Shown here: positions 32,459 through 41,519 of the stretch, one piece after another
Layout: each line of letters opens with the position of its first letter
Numbering within the stretch: the first letter of the stretch is position 1
Origin: Alphaproteobacteria bacterium
Lineage (GTDB): Bacteria; Pseudomonadota; Alphaproteobacteria; SP197
Reading direction: 5' to 3'
Assembly: GCA_964291265.2 (NCBI GenBank)
Contig: OZ219747.1
Span: forward strand, 992,001-1,056,000
Length of the DNA: 64,000 nt
Program-made: the position numbers and the translations under genes
The notes under the pieces: model-generated
Told to the model about the DNA's origin: nothing
Seen by the model: only the letters and a program-made list of their open reading frames with translations
The model's database searches: none

Positions 32459-33736
32459 TCAGTCTTCGCCCGTCTCTGCGGAGGGGGGCGTCACACGCAG
32501 CCGGACAATCTGGTTGCGCTGGCGCTCAAGCACCTCGAAGCGAAAGTTGTGGAACTCGAAGACCTGTCCGGCATCCGGGATCTGCTGGGCCTCCTGAATC
32601 ACCAGGCCGGCGATGGTGATGGCGCCGTCTTCCGGGAGTTTCCAGTCGAACTCCCGGTTGAGGTCGCGGATGGTGGCGGCGCCGTTCAGTAGCAGGGTCC
32701 CGTCCTCGTCAATCTTCGCATCGACCTCCCTGACATCGTGCTCGTCCTCGATGTCGCCGACGATCTCCTCGAGGATGTCCTCGAGTGTGACGACCCCCAT
32801 GATGCCTCCGTACTGGTCAACGACGACCGCGAAGTGGAGGTGACGCTCGCGAAACACGGCCAGCTGTTCGCTCAGCGACGTGGTGTCCGGCGCGAACCAC
32901 GGTTCGGTGGCAACCTCCGTGATGTCGAACACGCCCTTGTCGCGGTGGCGATAGAGCGCCCGCGCGAGATTCTTGGCGTGCAGGATGCCGACGATGTTGT
33001 CGGGATCGTCGCGCCACAGGGGGATGCGTGTGTGGGAACTCGCCAACGCCGCTTCGATGATGTTTTCCAGAGGCTCGTCGGCATTGATGGTCTCCATGGA
33101 ACGCCGGTGGGTCATGACTTCGCCGATGACGACATCCGAGAGATCGAGGACACCGTCGAGCATGGCATGCCGGTCCTTCACCAGCCCACCCTCGTGCCGG
33201 TAGAGATCGAGGATGCTCCGCAGTTCCTCGTCCGAGGGAATCGTCTCGTCACGGGAATCCCGGGCTCCGGCAAGGCGGAACATGATCTGGACCACTCCCT
33301 GGAGGGCCCAGGTGAGCGGCTGTGCCAGCCACACGACGCCTCTCATGAAGGGAGCGACGGCGAGGGCGACGAACTCGGCATTCCTGATGGCGTAGGTCTT
33401 GGGCATGATCTCGGCAAAGATCACCACGACGACGGTCATGGCGGCGATGGCGTAGGCCACTCCGGCCTCGCCCACCAGGGCGGTGAAGACGTAGGTGGCC
33501 ATCGATGCCACGGCGATGTTGAACAGATTGTTCCCGATCAGAATGGCGCTGATCAGGTGTTCGCGGTCCTCCATCAGTGCGGTCGCCCGCGTCGCCCTGC
33601 GATCCCCGGCAAGCCCGAGGCCGTGAATCCTGGACCGATTGGCTGCGGTCAGCGCCGTTTCGGAGCCCGAAAAGACGGCCGAAAAGACAAGAAGAACCAC
33701 AATCAGGACGAAGTAGACTTCCAGGAGATCAGTCAT
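32459..33736 (-). CDS. HlyC/CorC (CNNM-CBS) family transporter
   Basis: FSGSETALT, ILIGNN, FAEIMPKT, CBS pair, VVDQYGG..G.VTLEDILEEIVGDI, CorC tail. Confidence 0.92.
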   Translation of the reverse strand: MTDLLEVYFVLIVVLLVFSAVFSGSETALTAANRSRIHGLGLAGDRRATRATALMEDREHLISAILIGNNLFNIAVASMATYVFTALVGEAGVAYAIAAMTVVVVIFAEIMPKTYAIRNAEFVALAVAPFMRGVVWLAQPLTWALQGVVQIMFRLAGARDSRDETIPSDEELRSILDLYRHEGGLVKDRHAMLDGVLDLSDVVIGEVMTHRRSMETINADEPLENIIEAALASSHTRIPLWRDDPDNIVGILHAKNLARALYRHRDKGVFDITEVATEPWFAPDTTSLSEQLAVFRERHLHFAVVVDQYGGIMGVVTLEDILEEIVGDIEDEHDVREVDAKIDEDGTLLLNGAATIRDLNREFDWKLPEDGAITIAGLVIQEAQQIPDAGQVFEFHNFRFEVLERQRNQIVRLRVTPPSAETGED

Positions 33737-33826
33737 CGTGTGCCATCCGCAAGGTGTGCTTCGGGTGAGTCCGGTTGTGTCCTGCGGTGTGCCTGATCCG
33801 CAAGTCGGTGGGTTGCCCGCCGGTCG

Positions 33827-34309
33827 ATGACCGACAACGATGGATTGTCATCAACGCATGGGAGCATCGTCTTGTCCGTTCTCAGCAATCCCGACGAGTG
33901 GTGGATGTCCCCCGTCGACTATGCCAGGCGGCTCAGCGGGTTGACCGTCAACCTTCTTTCGCGTGATGTCGAGGCCGTCGTGCCGTTCCACACCCGTGTT
34001 CTGGGAGCGGTGGCGGAGTATGTCTGCGTGGATTTCGCGTCCTTCGTCTTTGGCGAGGTCACCTGGATGGTGCATGCCGATCACACCTATGACGGTCACC
34101 AGCTGCATGCCAGCCTTGGTGCCGGTCACCTGCGGGGAGTCGGCGTGGAACTGCGTCTCCGCGGCCGCGACCCGGATGCGGCCTGCCAGGCGGCCGGAGA
34201 ACTGGGCGCCACCGTCATCGAACCGGCGACCACCAAGTCCCACGGCACGCGCGAGGCCTTCATCCTGGATCCCGACGGCTATCTTTGGGTGCCGGATATC
34301 CTCGCCTGA
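33827..34309 (+). CDS. VOC/glyoxalase family protein
   Basis: GVELRL.G.DPDAAC, K.HGTREAFILDPDGYLW. Start uncertain. Confidence 0.78.
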   Translation: MTDNDGLSSTHGSIVLSVLSNPDEWWMSPVDYARRLSGLTVNLLSRDVEAVVPFHTRVLGAVAEYVCVDFASFVFGEVTWMVHADHTYDGHQLHASLGAGHLRGVGVELRLRGRDPDAACQAAGELGATVIEPATTKSHGTREAFILDPDGYLWVPDILA

Positions 34310-34344
34310 GTGACTGGTCTCACGGGGTGCGGTGTGGTGCACGA

Positions 34345-35466
34345 TCAGGTCTTCCGGGCCAGTGTCGATGCCAGGAATTCCTCGACCCTGGCGGGGGCGA
34401 CATCGCGGGTCATGAAGGCCTCGCCGATGCCACTCACGAGCACGAATGCAACCCTGCCCCCGGCCACCTTCTTGTCCTGGGCCATGTGGTGGACCAGTTC
34501 CCCGACGTCAAGAACTCCGATCCCGAGGTCGGCAGGATGGACGGGCAGTCCGGTCCGCGCAAGGTGGCGGCGCACACGGACGGCATCTCCGTGCGGGCAC
34601 AATCCGAGGACGACGGAAAGATCGAACGCCATGGTCATGCCGATGGCAACCGCCTCTCCGTGGAGCAGGCGACCGTCGTAGCCGCAGGCTGTTTCGAGGG
34701 CATGGGCGAATGTGTGGCCGAGATTGAGGAGGGCTCTCTCCGAGCCCTCCCTTTCGTCCCGGGCGACGATTGCCGCCTTGGCGGCACAGCTTTCCTCGAC
34801 GGCGTGTTGCAGGTGGAAGGTGCTGCCGGACAGCACTGCCTCACCGTGGTTCTCCAGCCATTCGAAGAAGGACCGGTTGCCGAGAAGACCGTATTTCACC
34901 ACTTCGGCATAGCCGGCGCGGCGTTCCCGTGGCGGCAGTGTCGCCAGCACGCCCGTGTCGGCCAGAACCAGGCGAGGCTGGTGGAACGTGCCGACGAGAT
35001 TCTTGCCGTGACGCGTGTCGATGCCGGTCTTGCCGCCAACGGAGCTGTCCACCTGGGCGAGCAGGGTGGTGGGGAGCTGGACGAAAGCAACGCCTCGGCG
35101 CAGCAGACTCGCCGACAGCCCGGCCAGGTCGCCAACGACTCCGCCGCCAAGGGCCACCACGCCGTCGCCCCGCTCGATGCCTGCATCGAGGAGATCGTCA
35201 AGCAGGCGATCGAGATGACGAAATGACTTCGTCTGCTCGCCCGGCGGCAGGATGACACTGTGACAGCGCAGACCGGCCCGCACGAGAGACTCCTCCAGGG
35301 TTGCGAGATAGAGACCGGCGACGGTCTCGTCGGTGACCACTGCAACGCTGCCCGGATCGCAGGCGGTGGCGATGCGCTGCCCCGCTTCCTCGAGAAGGCC
35401 GGGGCCGATGACGATGTCGTAAGCCCGCTCGCTGAGCGGAACACGCAGCACGGCAGGGTCCGTCAT
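34345..35466 (-). CDS. aroB: 3-dehydroquinate synthase
   Basis: GGGVVGDL, PTTLLAQVDSSVGGKTG, LNLGHTFAHA, LHGEAVA. Confidence 0.96.
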   Translation of the reverse strand: MTDPAVLRVPLSERAYDIVIGPGLLEEAGQRIATACDPGSVAVVTDETVAGLYLATLEESLVRAGLRCHSVILPPGEQTKSFRHLDRLLDDLLDAGIERGDGVVALGGGVVGDLAGLSASLLRRGVAFVQLPTTLLAQVDSSVGGKTGIDTRHGKNLVGTFHQPRLVLADTGVLATLPPRERRAGYAEVVKYGLLGNRSFFEWLENHGEAVLSGSTFHLQHAVEESCAAKAAIVARDEREGSERALLNLGHTFAHALETACGYDGRLLHGEAVAIGMTMAFDLSVVLGLCPHGDAVRVRRHLARTGLPVHPADLGIGVLDVGELVHHMAQDKKVAGGRVAFVLVSGIGEAFMTRDVAPARVEEFLASTLARKT

Positions 35467-35990
35467 CGTGCCTGGTGCCTCTTCATGGCCTGGATGATGT
35501 TCCCCGCCACTTCATCCTCGTCATCCATGTCGCTGTCGACGACCATCGTGGCGAGAGCATAGACCGGAGAGCGCTCCTCGATCAGCCTTGCGAGGATGAC
35601 CAGGGGATCTCCGCGGGAGAGCAGGGGGCGCGTGTGACCGGTGCCGACACGCCGCAGGAGGGTACCGGGACCGGCACGCAGCCACACCGTGCAGGCTTCC
35701 TTCAGGATATGACCACGCGTCGCCTCGTTCACGAGAGCGCCGCCACCGGCGGCGATGATTCCCGGACCGGCACGCAGCAGACGCCTGATGACGCGGTGCT
35801 CGGCGCTGCGGAACTCCTTCTCGCCGAACCGCTCGAAGACATCTGTCACCGAAGCTCCTGCCGCCTTCTCGATCTCCTCGTCCGAATCCCTGAAGGGAAG
35901 ACCGAGCCGTGCTGCAAGGCGCCTGCCCACAGTCGTCTTTCCTGCACCCATCATCCCGACAAGGACGATCGGCCGGTCTGCCTTCACCAC
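35463..35990 (-). CDS. aroK: Shikimate kinase
   Basis: GMMGAGKTTVGRRLA, D.D.EIE, GE..FR, GGGA, RPLL. Confidence 0.95.
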   Translation of the reverse strand: MVKADRPIVLVGMMGAGKTTVGRRLAARLGLPFRDSDEEIEKAAGASVTDVFERFGEKEFRSAEHRVIRRLLRAGPGIIAAGGGALVNEATRGHILKEACTVWLRAGPGTLLRRVGTGHTRPLLSRGDPLVILARLIEERSPVYALATMVVDSDMDDEDEVAGNIIQAMKRHQAR

Positions 35991-36083
35991 GCCTTCTCCG
36001 GAGGCAACAATTGCCGCATCCCTGCCATGAACGTATAGATTGTACTTCGTGTTGTGTTCAACGTTCCACGACTGCGCCCAACC

Positions 36084-36224
36084 ATGCGATTGATCAAGCG
36101 CCTCCTCATCCTTGTGGTTCTTCTTGCCGTTGCAGGCGGAGCCGGCTACCTCGCCGTGTGGGACATCGAGTCTCCGATGCGCACGATTGTCGAGGATGTT
36201 CCCGATGACAGGTTCGACAACTAG
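36084..36224 (+). CDS. Small single-TM protein (46 aa), below ORF-track cutoff
   Basis: Manual translation MRLIKRLLILVVLLAVAGGAGYLAVWDIESPMRTIVEDVPDDRFDN*; overlaps the start of the next gene. Confidence 0.7.
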   Translation: MRLIKRLLILVVLLAVAGGAGYLAVWDIESPMRTIVEDVPDDRFDN

Positions 36225-38034
36225 ACGTCTCTGCGGCGCCGGACTCGTCGTCGCCGTCGTGCTGGCCGCGACCGGCGCACGCAGTCAGGACACCGAACCC
36301 CTCGTCATCGTTCCCCTCGAGCCGGTTGGAGTCGACAGTGCGCCTCTCGAACCGGTCGAACCCGACGTCATCTCCACCGGGTCGGTTGAATCGATCGAGG
36401 AGGTGGAGGGCATCGTTGACCCAGCGGAGACGGTGTTGCAGCAGGCGGAAGAACCGGCGGCTGACGGCCTCGAGGTGGATGCCCTTCCGGCCCTTGTTGT
36501 CGGTCGTGTGGGAACCATCGGCGAGACAACAGGCGGATTTTCCCGAGACCTCTGGCAGAACAGTGATGGCGCTTTCATCGCCTCCCTCATGGGCATGCTT
36601 GGATCCGGAACCCAGAGAGTGCCGGATCTGGCGCGGCGCCTGCTGCTGACCACGGCCGATCCCCCGGCCGACGCGGTGGACGGCTGGCTGGGCATGAGGA
36701 TTGAAACACTGATTGCCCTTGGCCTCACCGACGATGCCGCCGACCTCATGCAGCGTGCGGGGCGCCGGGCACTGCAGGGAGCGGGAAACAAGGGTAGTGT
36801 CGACGTACTCCTTCTTGCCGGCGAGGTCGAGGAGGCATGCCGGGAGGTCCGCACGCAGCTTGACGAGGACGATGCCCCCTATCTGGCCACCGCGCTGGTG
36901 TTCTGTCAGCGTCTCGAGGGTGCCCATGCTGCCGCGGAACTGAGCCTCTCGGTGCTCCAGGATGCCGGTGTCGACATCGACCCCCGCTACCTGGTGCTGG
37001 ACAAGGCGCTTGCGACGTCCACACCGGTTGATCTCGTCACGCTTGGCAACGTCACTCCCCTGATGTTCGCCATGGTCCTCGCTGGCGCTGCGGAGGTCTC
37101 CACCGGATTCCTCGATCACGCATCGTTGCCGGTCCTGCGGGCGATTGCCGATCGCCCCGGACTTTCCGTTGCCCTGCGGCTCGCCGCTGCGGAACGGGCC
37201 ACGGCCCGTGGTGTCATGGCGCCGGCCGACCTTGCCTCCCGTTACCTCGGGGCCGGCCCTTTCACTGACGCGCAAGCGGATCCGGTCATCCGGGCACAGA
37301 TGTTCCAGGATCTGAAGGGTGCGGCGTCGGCCGAAGACAAGGCGAGACTCATCGCCTCATTCGTCCAGCTCGGGGCAAGGGCTCCGGAGCCTTGGGTTTT
37401 TCGGGCCGTGGCCATGGTGGCGGCCGCCGAGGTTGCCGCACTGGCGCCGGGCAACGAGCTTGGCTGGTTCTCGACCCAGGCGGCCCTCACGCTGCTGGCG
37501 GCGGGAGCGGCCGAGGATGCGGCCGGATGGTGGCCCCTCATCGAACAGCGGGCGCTCCTCGATCACGAGACGGCGGCGGAAGCGGCCGTCTTCTGGCCCT
37601 TGCTCCGGCTATGGATGGGCGATGACCTCTTCGACGACGGCACCGCGATGCACACCTGGTGGCGGACGGTTGTCGGGGTTGCACCCGACCGCGCCCGTCG
37701 ACTTGGAGAACTCTACCTTGTCCTCCTGGCGGCCCTCGATGACCGGATCGCCGAACCGATCCTGCACGACATCCTTCTCGCCACGTCCGACAGGCGTCTG
37801 GTGCCGCGTGAGAGCGTCGGCGACGCCGGGCTTGTTGTGGCACTCGCCGCGGCTTCCAGGGATGGTCGTCTCGGTGAGGCGCTGCTGCTCTGCACGGTCC
37901 TCCTGGCGTCGCAGGATCCTTCCCGTGCGGACATCCGGAGTGCCGCTGCCGTGATAGGAGCCCTGAATTCCCTGGGACTGGAACGTGAGGCGAGGCTGCT
38001 TGCTCTCGAGGTCGCGTTCGCGAACGCGGTCTGA
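36196..38034 (+). CDS. Exported alpha-helical hypothetical protein upstream of xerD
   Basis: Signal peptide, GF..DLWQ.S, LARRLLLT.A.PP, C-terminal L..LGLE.EAR.LALE. Confidence 0.75.
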   Translation: MFPMTGSTTRRLCGAGLVVAVVLAATGARSQDTEPLVIVPLEPVGVDSAPLEPVEPDVISTGSVESIEEVEGIVDPAETVLQQAEEPAADGLEVDALPALVVGRVGTIGETTGGFSRDLWQNSDGAFIASLMGMLGSGTQRVPDLARRLLLTTADPPADAVDGWLGMRIETLIALGLTDDAADLMQRAGRRALQGAGNKGSVDVLLLAGEVEEACREVRTQLDEDDAPYLATALVFCQRLEGAHAAAELSLSVLQDAGVDIDPRYLVLDKALATSTPVDLVTLGNVTPLMFAMVLAGAAEVSTGFLDHASLPVLRAIADRPGLSVALRLAAAERATARGVMAPADLASRYLGAGPFTDAQADPVIRAQMFQDLKGAASAEDKARLIASFVQLGARAPEPWVFRAVAMVAAAEVAALAPGNELGWFSTQAALTLLAAGAAEDAAGWWPLIEQRALLDHETAAEAAVFWPLLRLWMGDDLFDDGTAMHTWWRTVVGVAPDRARRLGELYLVLLAALDDRIAEPILHDILLATSDRRLVPRESVGDAGLVVALAAASRDGRLGEALLLCTVLLASQDPSRADIRSAAAVIGALNSLGLEREARLLALEVAFANAV

Positions 38035-38081
38035 CGGAACGGGACGGGAGTCTCCGCGATCATGGTTCGAACGGTGCGACG

Positions 38082-38972
38082 GTGACGAGGGACGCTCAGG
38101 GGCCGGTGGATGTCATCGGTCTCTTCCTCGAGATGATGGTGGTCGAACGCGGCGCATCCTCCAACACGGTCGAGGCCTATCGCCGGGACCTTGCGGACCT
38201 TGCGGATCACCTGGCGCCTGGTTCCCTTCAGGAGGCTTCATCGGACGACATCCGCCGCTGGCTCAGCGCACTGCGCCGCCGTGGCGCCAGCGCCGGAACC
38301 GCGGCCCGGCGCATGTCGGCAGCCCGCCAGTTCTACCGCTTCCTTGCCAGCGAAGAACTGCGCAGCGACGATCCGGCGGCAAGGCTGGAGTCGCCCCGGT
38401 CCGGCCCAGTCCTGCCCAAGGTGCTGTCCCAGGACCAGGTCAGCCGTTTGCTGGAGACCGCTCACGGCGGTGAGCGGCCGCAAGACCTGCGCCGGGCGGC
38501 CCTGGTGGAACTGCTCTATGCCACCGGTCTGCGTGTCTCCGAACTCGTGTCCCTGCCAGCCAGCGCGATTGAGCGCGATGCGCCCTTCATCATCGTGCGC
38601 GGCAAGGGGGGACGTGAACGTCTCGTGCCCATCGGCGAGCGGGCCCTGCGAACGGTCAGGGTCTGGCTTTCCGTGCGTCCAGGCCCGTCACCGTGGCTGT
38701 TCCCCTCCCGCGGCGCTTCCGGTCACCTGACGCGCCAGTCCGCGGGCAGGATCCTGAAGAAACTCGCCATGGACTCGTGCCTTGACCCGGCGGCGGTCAC
38801 TCCCCACGTGCTGCGTCATGCCTTCGCCAGCCATCTTCTGGACAACGGCGCGGACCTGCGTTCCGTTCAGACCATGCTGGGCCATGCGGACATATCAACC
38901 ACGCAGATCTACACCCATGTTCTCGAGGAACGCCTCAAGTCTGCCCTGGCCAGGCATCACCCTCTTGCTTGA
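38082..38972 (+). CDS. xerD: Site-specific tyrosine recombinase XerD
   Basis: ERGAS.NT.EAYRRDL, LYATGLRVSELV, PHVLRHAFASHLL.NGADLR.VQ.MLGHADISTTQIYTH; between aroK and accA. Confidence 0.93.
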   Translation: MTRDAQGPVDVIGLFLEMMVVERGASSNTVEAYRRDLADLADHLAPGSLQEASSDDIRRWLSALRRRGASAGTAARRMSAARQFYRFLASEELRSDDPAARLESPRSGPVLPKVLSQDQVSRLLETAHGGERPQDLRRAALVELLYATGLRVSELVSLPASAIERDAPFIIVRGKGGRERLVPIGERALRTVRVWLSVRPGPSPWLFPSRGASGHLTRQSAGRILKKLAMDSCLDPAAVTPHVLRHAFASHLLDNGADLRSVQTMLGHADISTTQIYTHVLEERLKSALARHHPLA

Positions 38973-39034
38973 CATCCGCCAGTGGCTCAAGGCATTGACT
39001 CGTGCCACTCAAACACCCGGGGGAGAACCGCTCC

Positions 39035-40015
39035 ATGAGCTTCACCATCATCGATGCTGCTCCGGCGCGGCTCAACCGCAGCGAACTCGCCGTCCCGGGA
39101 AGCCGCACGGGTCTTTTCGCCAAGGCAGCGGCCGGCGATGCCGATGTCGTCTTTCTCGATCTCGAGGATGCTGTCGCGCCGGACGACAAGCCGCAGGCCA
39201 GGAAGAACGTCATCGAGGCCGTCAACGATCTCGACTGGGGCACCAAGACCCTTTCCGTGCGCATCAACGGGCTCGACACCCACTACATGTACCGTGATGT
39301 CGTCGACGTGATCGAACAGACGAATGGCCGGCTGGATCTCATCATGATCCCCAAGGTCGGAACGCCGGCCGATGTCTATGCAGTCGACATGCTCGTCACC
39401 CAGGTCGAGGACGCGATGGCGCGCACGAAACGGATCGGTTTTGAACTCATCATCGAGACGGCCCTCGGCATGTCCAATGTCGAGGCGATCGCCGGCGCCA
39501 GCGGACGCAACGAGAGCCTGCATTTTGGGGTGGCTGACTATGCCGCCTCGACACGTGCCCGCATGACGACCATTGGCGGCCCCAATCCCCTCTACGGCGT
39601 GCTGACGGACGCCGAGGGTGACGCTCCACGGACATTTCACTGGGGAGACATGTGGCACTTCGCCATTTCCCGCATGGTGGTGGCGGCCCGGGCACAGGGT
39701 CTGCGGCCCATCGACGGACCCTTCGGTGATTTCCGGGATGGCGACGGCTATCGCGCCCAGGCCAACCGGGCAGCTGCACTGGGATGCGAAGGCAAGTGGG
39801 CCATTCATCCGGGTCAGATTCCCCTCGCCAATGAGGTGAACAGCCCGTCCGAAAAGGAAGTCACCCAAGCGCAGCGCATTCTTGATGCCATGGACAAGGC
39901 GCAAAGGGAAGGCCAGGGCGCGGTCTCCCTGGACGGCAAGCTGATTGATATCGCGTCGATCAAGCAGGCCGAGGTGATGGTGCGCAAGGCCGAACAGATC
40001 AGATCGGTCGGATAG
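39035..40015 (+). CDS. mcl1: L-malyl-CoA/beta-methylmalyl-CoA lyase (CitE family)
   Basis: PARLNRSELAVPGS, DLEDAVAP, RINGLDT.Y.YRDV, GDMWH.A, EGKWAIHP.QI. Confidence 0.85.
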   Translation: MSFTIIDAAPARLNRSELAVPGSRTGLFAKAAAGDADVVFLDLEDAVAPDDKPQARKNVIEAVNDLDWGTKTLSVRINGLDTHYMYRDVVDVIEQTNGRLDLIMIPKVGTPADVYAVDMLVTQVEDAMARTKRIGFELIIETALGMSNVEAIAGASGRNESLHFGVADYAASTRARMTTIGGPNPLYGVLTDAEGDAPRTFHWGDMWHFAISRMVVAARAQGLRPIDGPFGDFRDGDGYRAQANRAAALGCEGKWAIHPGQIPLANEVNSPSEKEVTQAQRILDAMDKAQREGQGAVSLDGKLIDIASIKQAEVMVRKAEQIRSVG

Positions 40016-40034
40016 GGACTGCGTCCCGGCTGCC

Positions 40035-40991
40035 ATGCGCCTGGCACTCGAATTCGAGCGGCCGATCGTTGAACTCGAAAGCAAGATCGAGGAGCTTCGC
40101 CGGCTGTCGGTCGACGATGGGGTCAACATTGTCGACGAGGTCAATCGTCTGGAGACGAAGCTCGACCGTCTCCTCGTGCAGACCTACGGCAAACTCAGTC
40201 CGTGGCAGAAGACCCAGGTCGCCAGGCACCCGGCCCGTCCCCACACGTCGGTCTTCATCTCGTCTCTTATCGAGGACTTCCTCCCGTTTGCCGGAGACCG
40301 TCTCTATGGCGAGGATCCCGCCATGCTGGCGGGGATCGGCGCCTTCAACGGGCGTCCGGTGGTGGTCATGGGCCACGAGAAAGGCAACGACACGGACAGT
40401 CGGGTCCGGCACAACTTCGGCATGGCGCGGCCCGAAGGCTACCGCAAGGCGGCTCGGCTGATGCGCCTGGCGGATCGTTTTGGCCTGGCGGTGATCACCT
40501 TTGTCGACACGGCCGGAGCCTATCCGGGAATCGGTGCCGAGGAGAGGGGGCAGGCGGAGGCCATCGCCCGTTCCATCGAGACCTGCCTGACCATCCGCGT
40601 ACCACTGGTGTCCGTGGTGATCGGCGAGGGAGGCTCGGGAGGCGCCGTCGCCATCGCCGTGGCGGACCGCGTGCTGATGCTTGAGCACGCTGTCTACTCC
40701 GTGATCTCTCCGGAAGGATGCGCCTCCATCCTGTGGCGCAGCAGCGATGAGGCTGAGACGGCGGCCAATGCCCTGAAACTGACCGCCAGCGACCTGGAGG
40801 GCCTGCAGATCATCGACCGCGTGGTGAAGGAGCCGCTGGGCGGCGCCCACCGTGATCCCGACGCCGCCATACGCACGACCGCCGAGGCCATTTCCGCCGC
40901 CCTGGAGGAACTCGATCCTCACGATGGCGATGCCCTCGTTGCCGGGCGCCGAGACAAGTTCGTGAAGATGGGCCGTCATCTGTCCCCTTGA
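40035..40991 (+). CDS. accA: Acetyl-CoA carboxylase carboxyltransferase alpha subunit
   Basis: LEFERPI, ARHP.RP, NFGMARPEGYRKA.R, GEGGSGGA, YSVISPEG, EPLGGAHRD. Confidence 0.97.
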   Translation: MRLALEFERPIVELESKIEELRRLSVDDGVNIVDEVNRLETKLDRLLVQTYGKLSPWQKTQVARHPARPHTSVFISSLIEDFLPFAGDRLYGEDPAMLAGIGAFNGRPVVVMGHEKGNDTDSRVRHNFGMARPEGYRKAARLMRLADRFGLAVITFVDTAGAYPGIGAEERGQAEAIARSIETCLTIRVPLVSVVIGEGGSGGAVAIAVADRVLMLEHAVYSVISPEGCASILWRSSDEAETAANALKLTASDLEGLQIIDRVVKEPLGGAHRDPDAAIRTTAEAISAALEELDPHDGDALVAGRRDKFVKMGRHLSP

Positions 40992-41074
40992 CGCTCCGTG
41001 CATCGGACACGCCAGCCGTCTCAAGGGGACTTGCGCCCGGCGAGGTCCTCGGCTACCTAGTCGCGTGATCCGGC

Positions 41075-41151
41075 GCACCCCTAGCTCAACTGGATAGAGC
41101 ACCTGACTACGGATCAGGAGGTTGGGGGTTCGAATCCTCCGGGGTGCGCCA
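41075..41151 (+). tRNA. tRNA-Arg(ACG)
   Basis: GCACCCC/GGGGTGC acceptor stem, D-loop TAGCTCAACTGGATAGAGC, anticodon arm CCTGA-CTACGGA-TCAGG, GGTTCGAATCC, encoded CCA. Confidence 0.97.
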
Positions 41152-41437
41152 GTCTTCCGGCCCCATAAGGTTCAGGTCTCATGCGTACATGATACCGGGA
41201 CCGGTGGCGGGGAGCAATCCCCGACGAATCCACGCCTGGCCAGGCGGCGCCCAACGCAAACGGGAGCGCCGCACGAATCCGGAAATCTCAAAGGGAAACA
41301 GCCCCCGCATTGGTGTGCGGAGGCTGTTTGGATGGTTGACCAAGGAACCTGGGTCAACCGTTGGGCAAGGAACCCATTGTGGTGACAAGTCCAACGAATG
41401 GAAGGGATTGTCACGCTCGGTGCTTGGCGGCACCGGC

Positions 41438-41467
41438 GTTATAGCCCGCAGCGTTCCTTGTCGTCAA
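41438..41467 (-). promoter_or_regulatory. Candidate antisense (ctRNA) promoter upstream of repC
   Basis: Minus strand TTGACG-N17-CTATAAC pointing away from repC into a hairpin-rich non-coding leader. Confidence 0.55.
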
Positions 41468-41519
41468 CCCCCTTCTTCGAACTTTCCTGTGCGGCGTCCC
41501 TCAACTGGGGATTCGCAGG

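Noticed and set aside
38082-38972. Tyrosine recombinase as the integrase of the tRNA-Arg element
   Set aside because: Sequence and aroK/accA context identify housekeeping XerD, outside the element.
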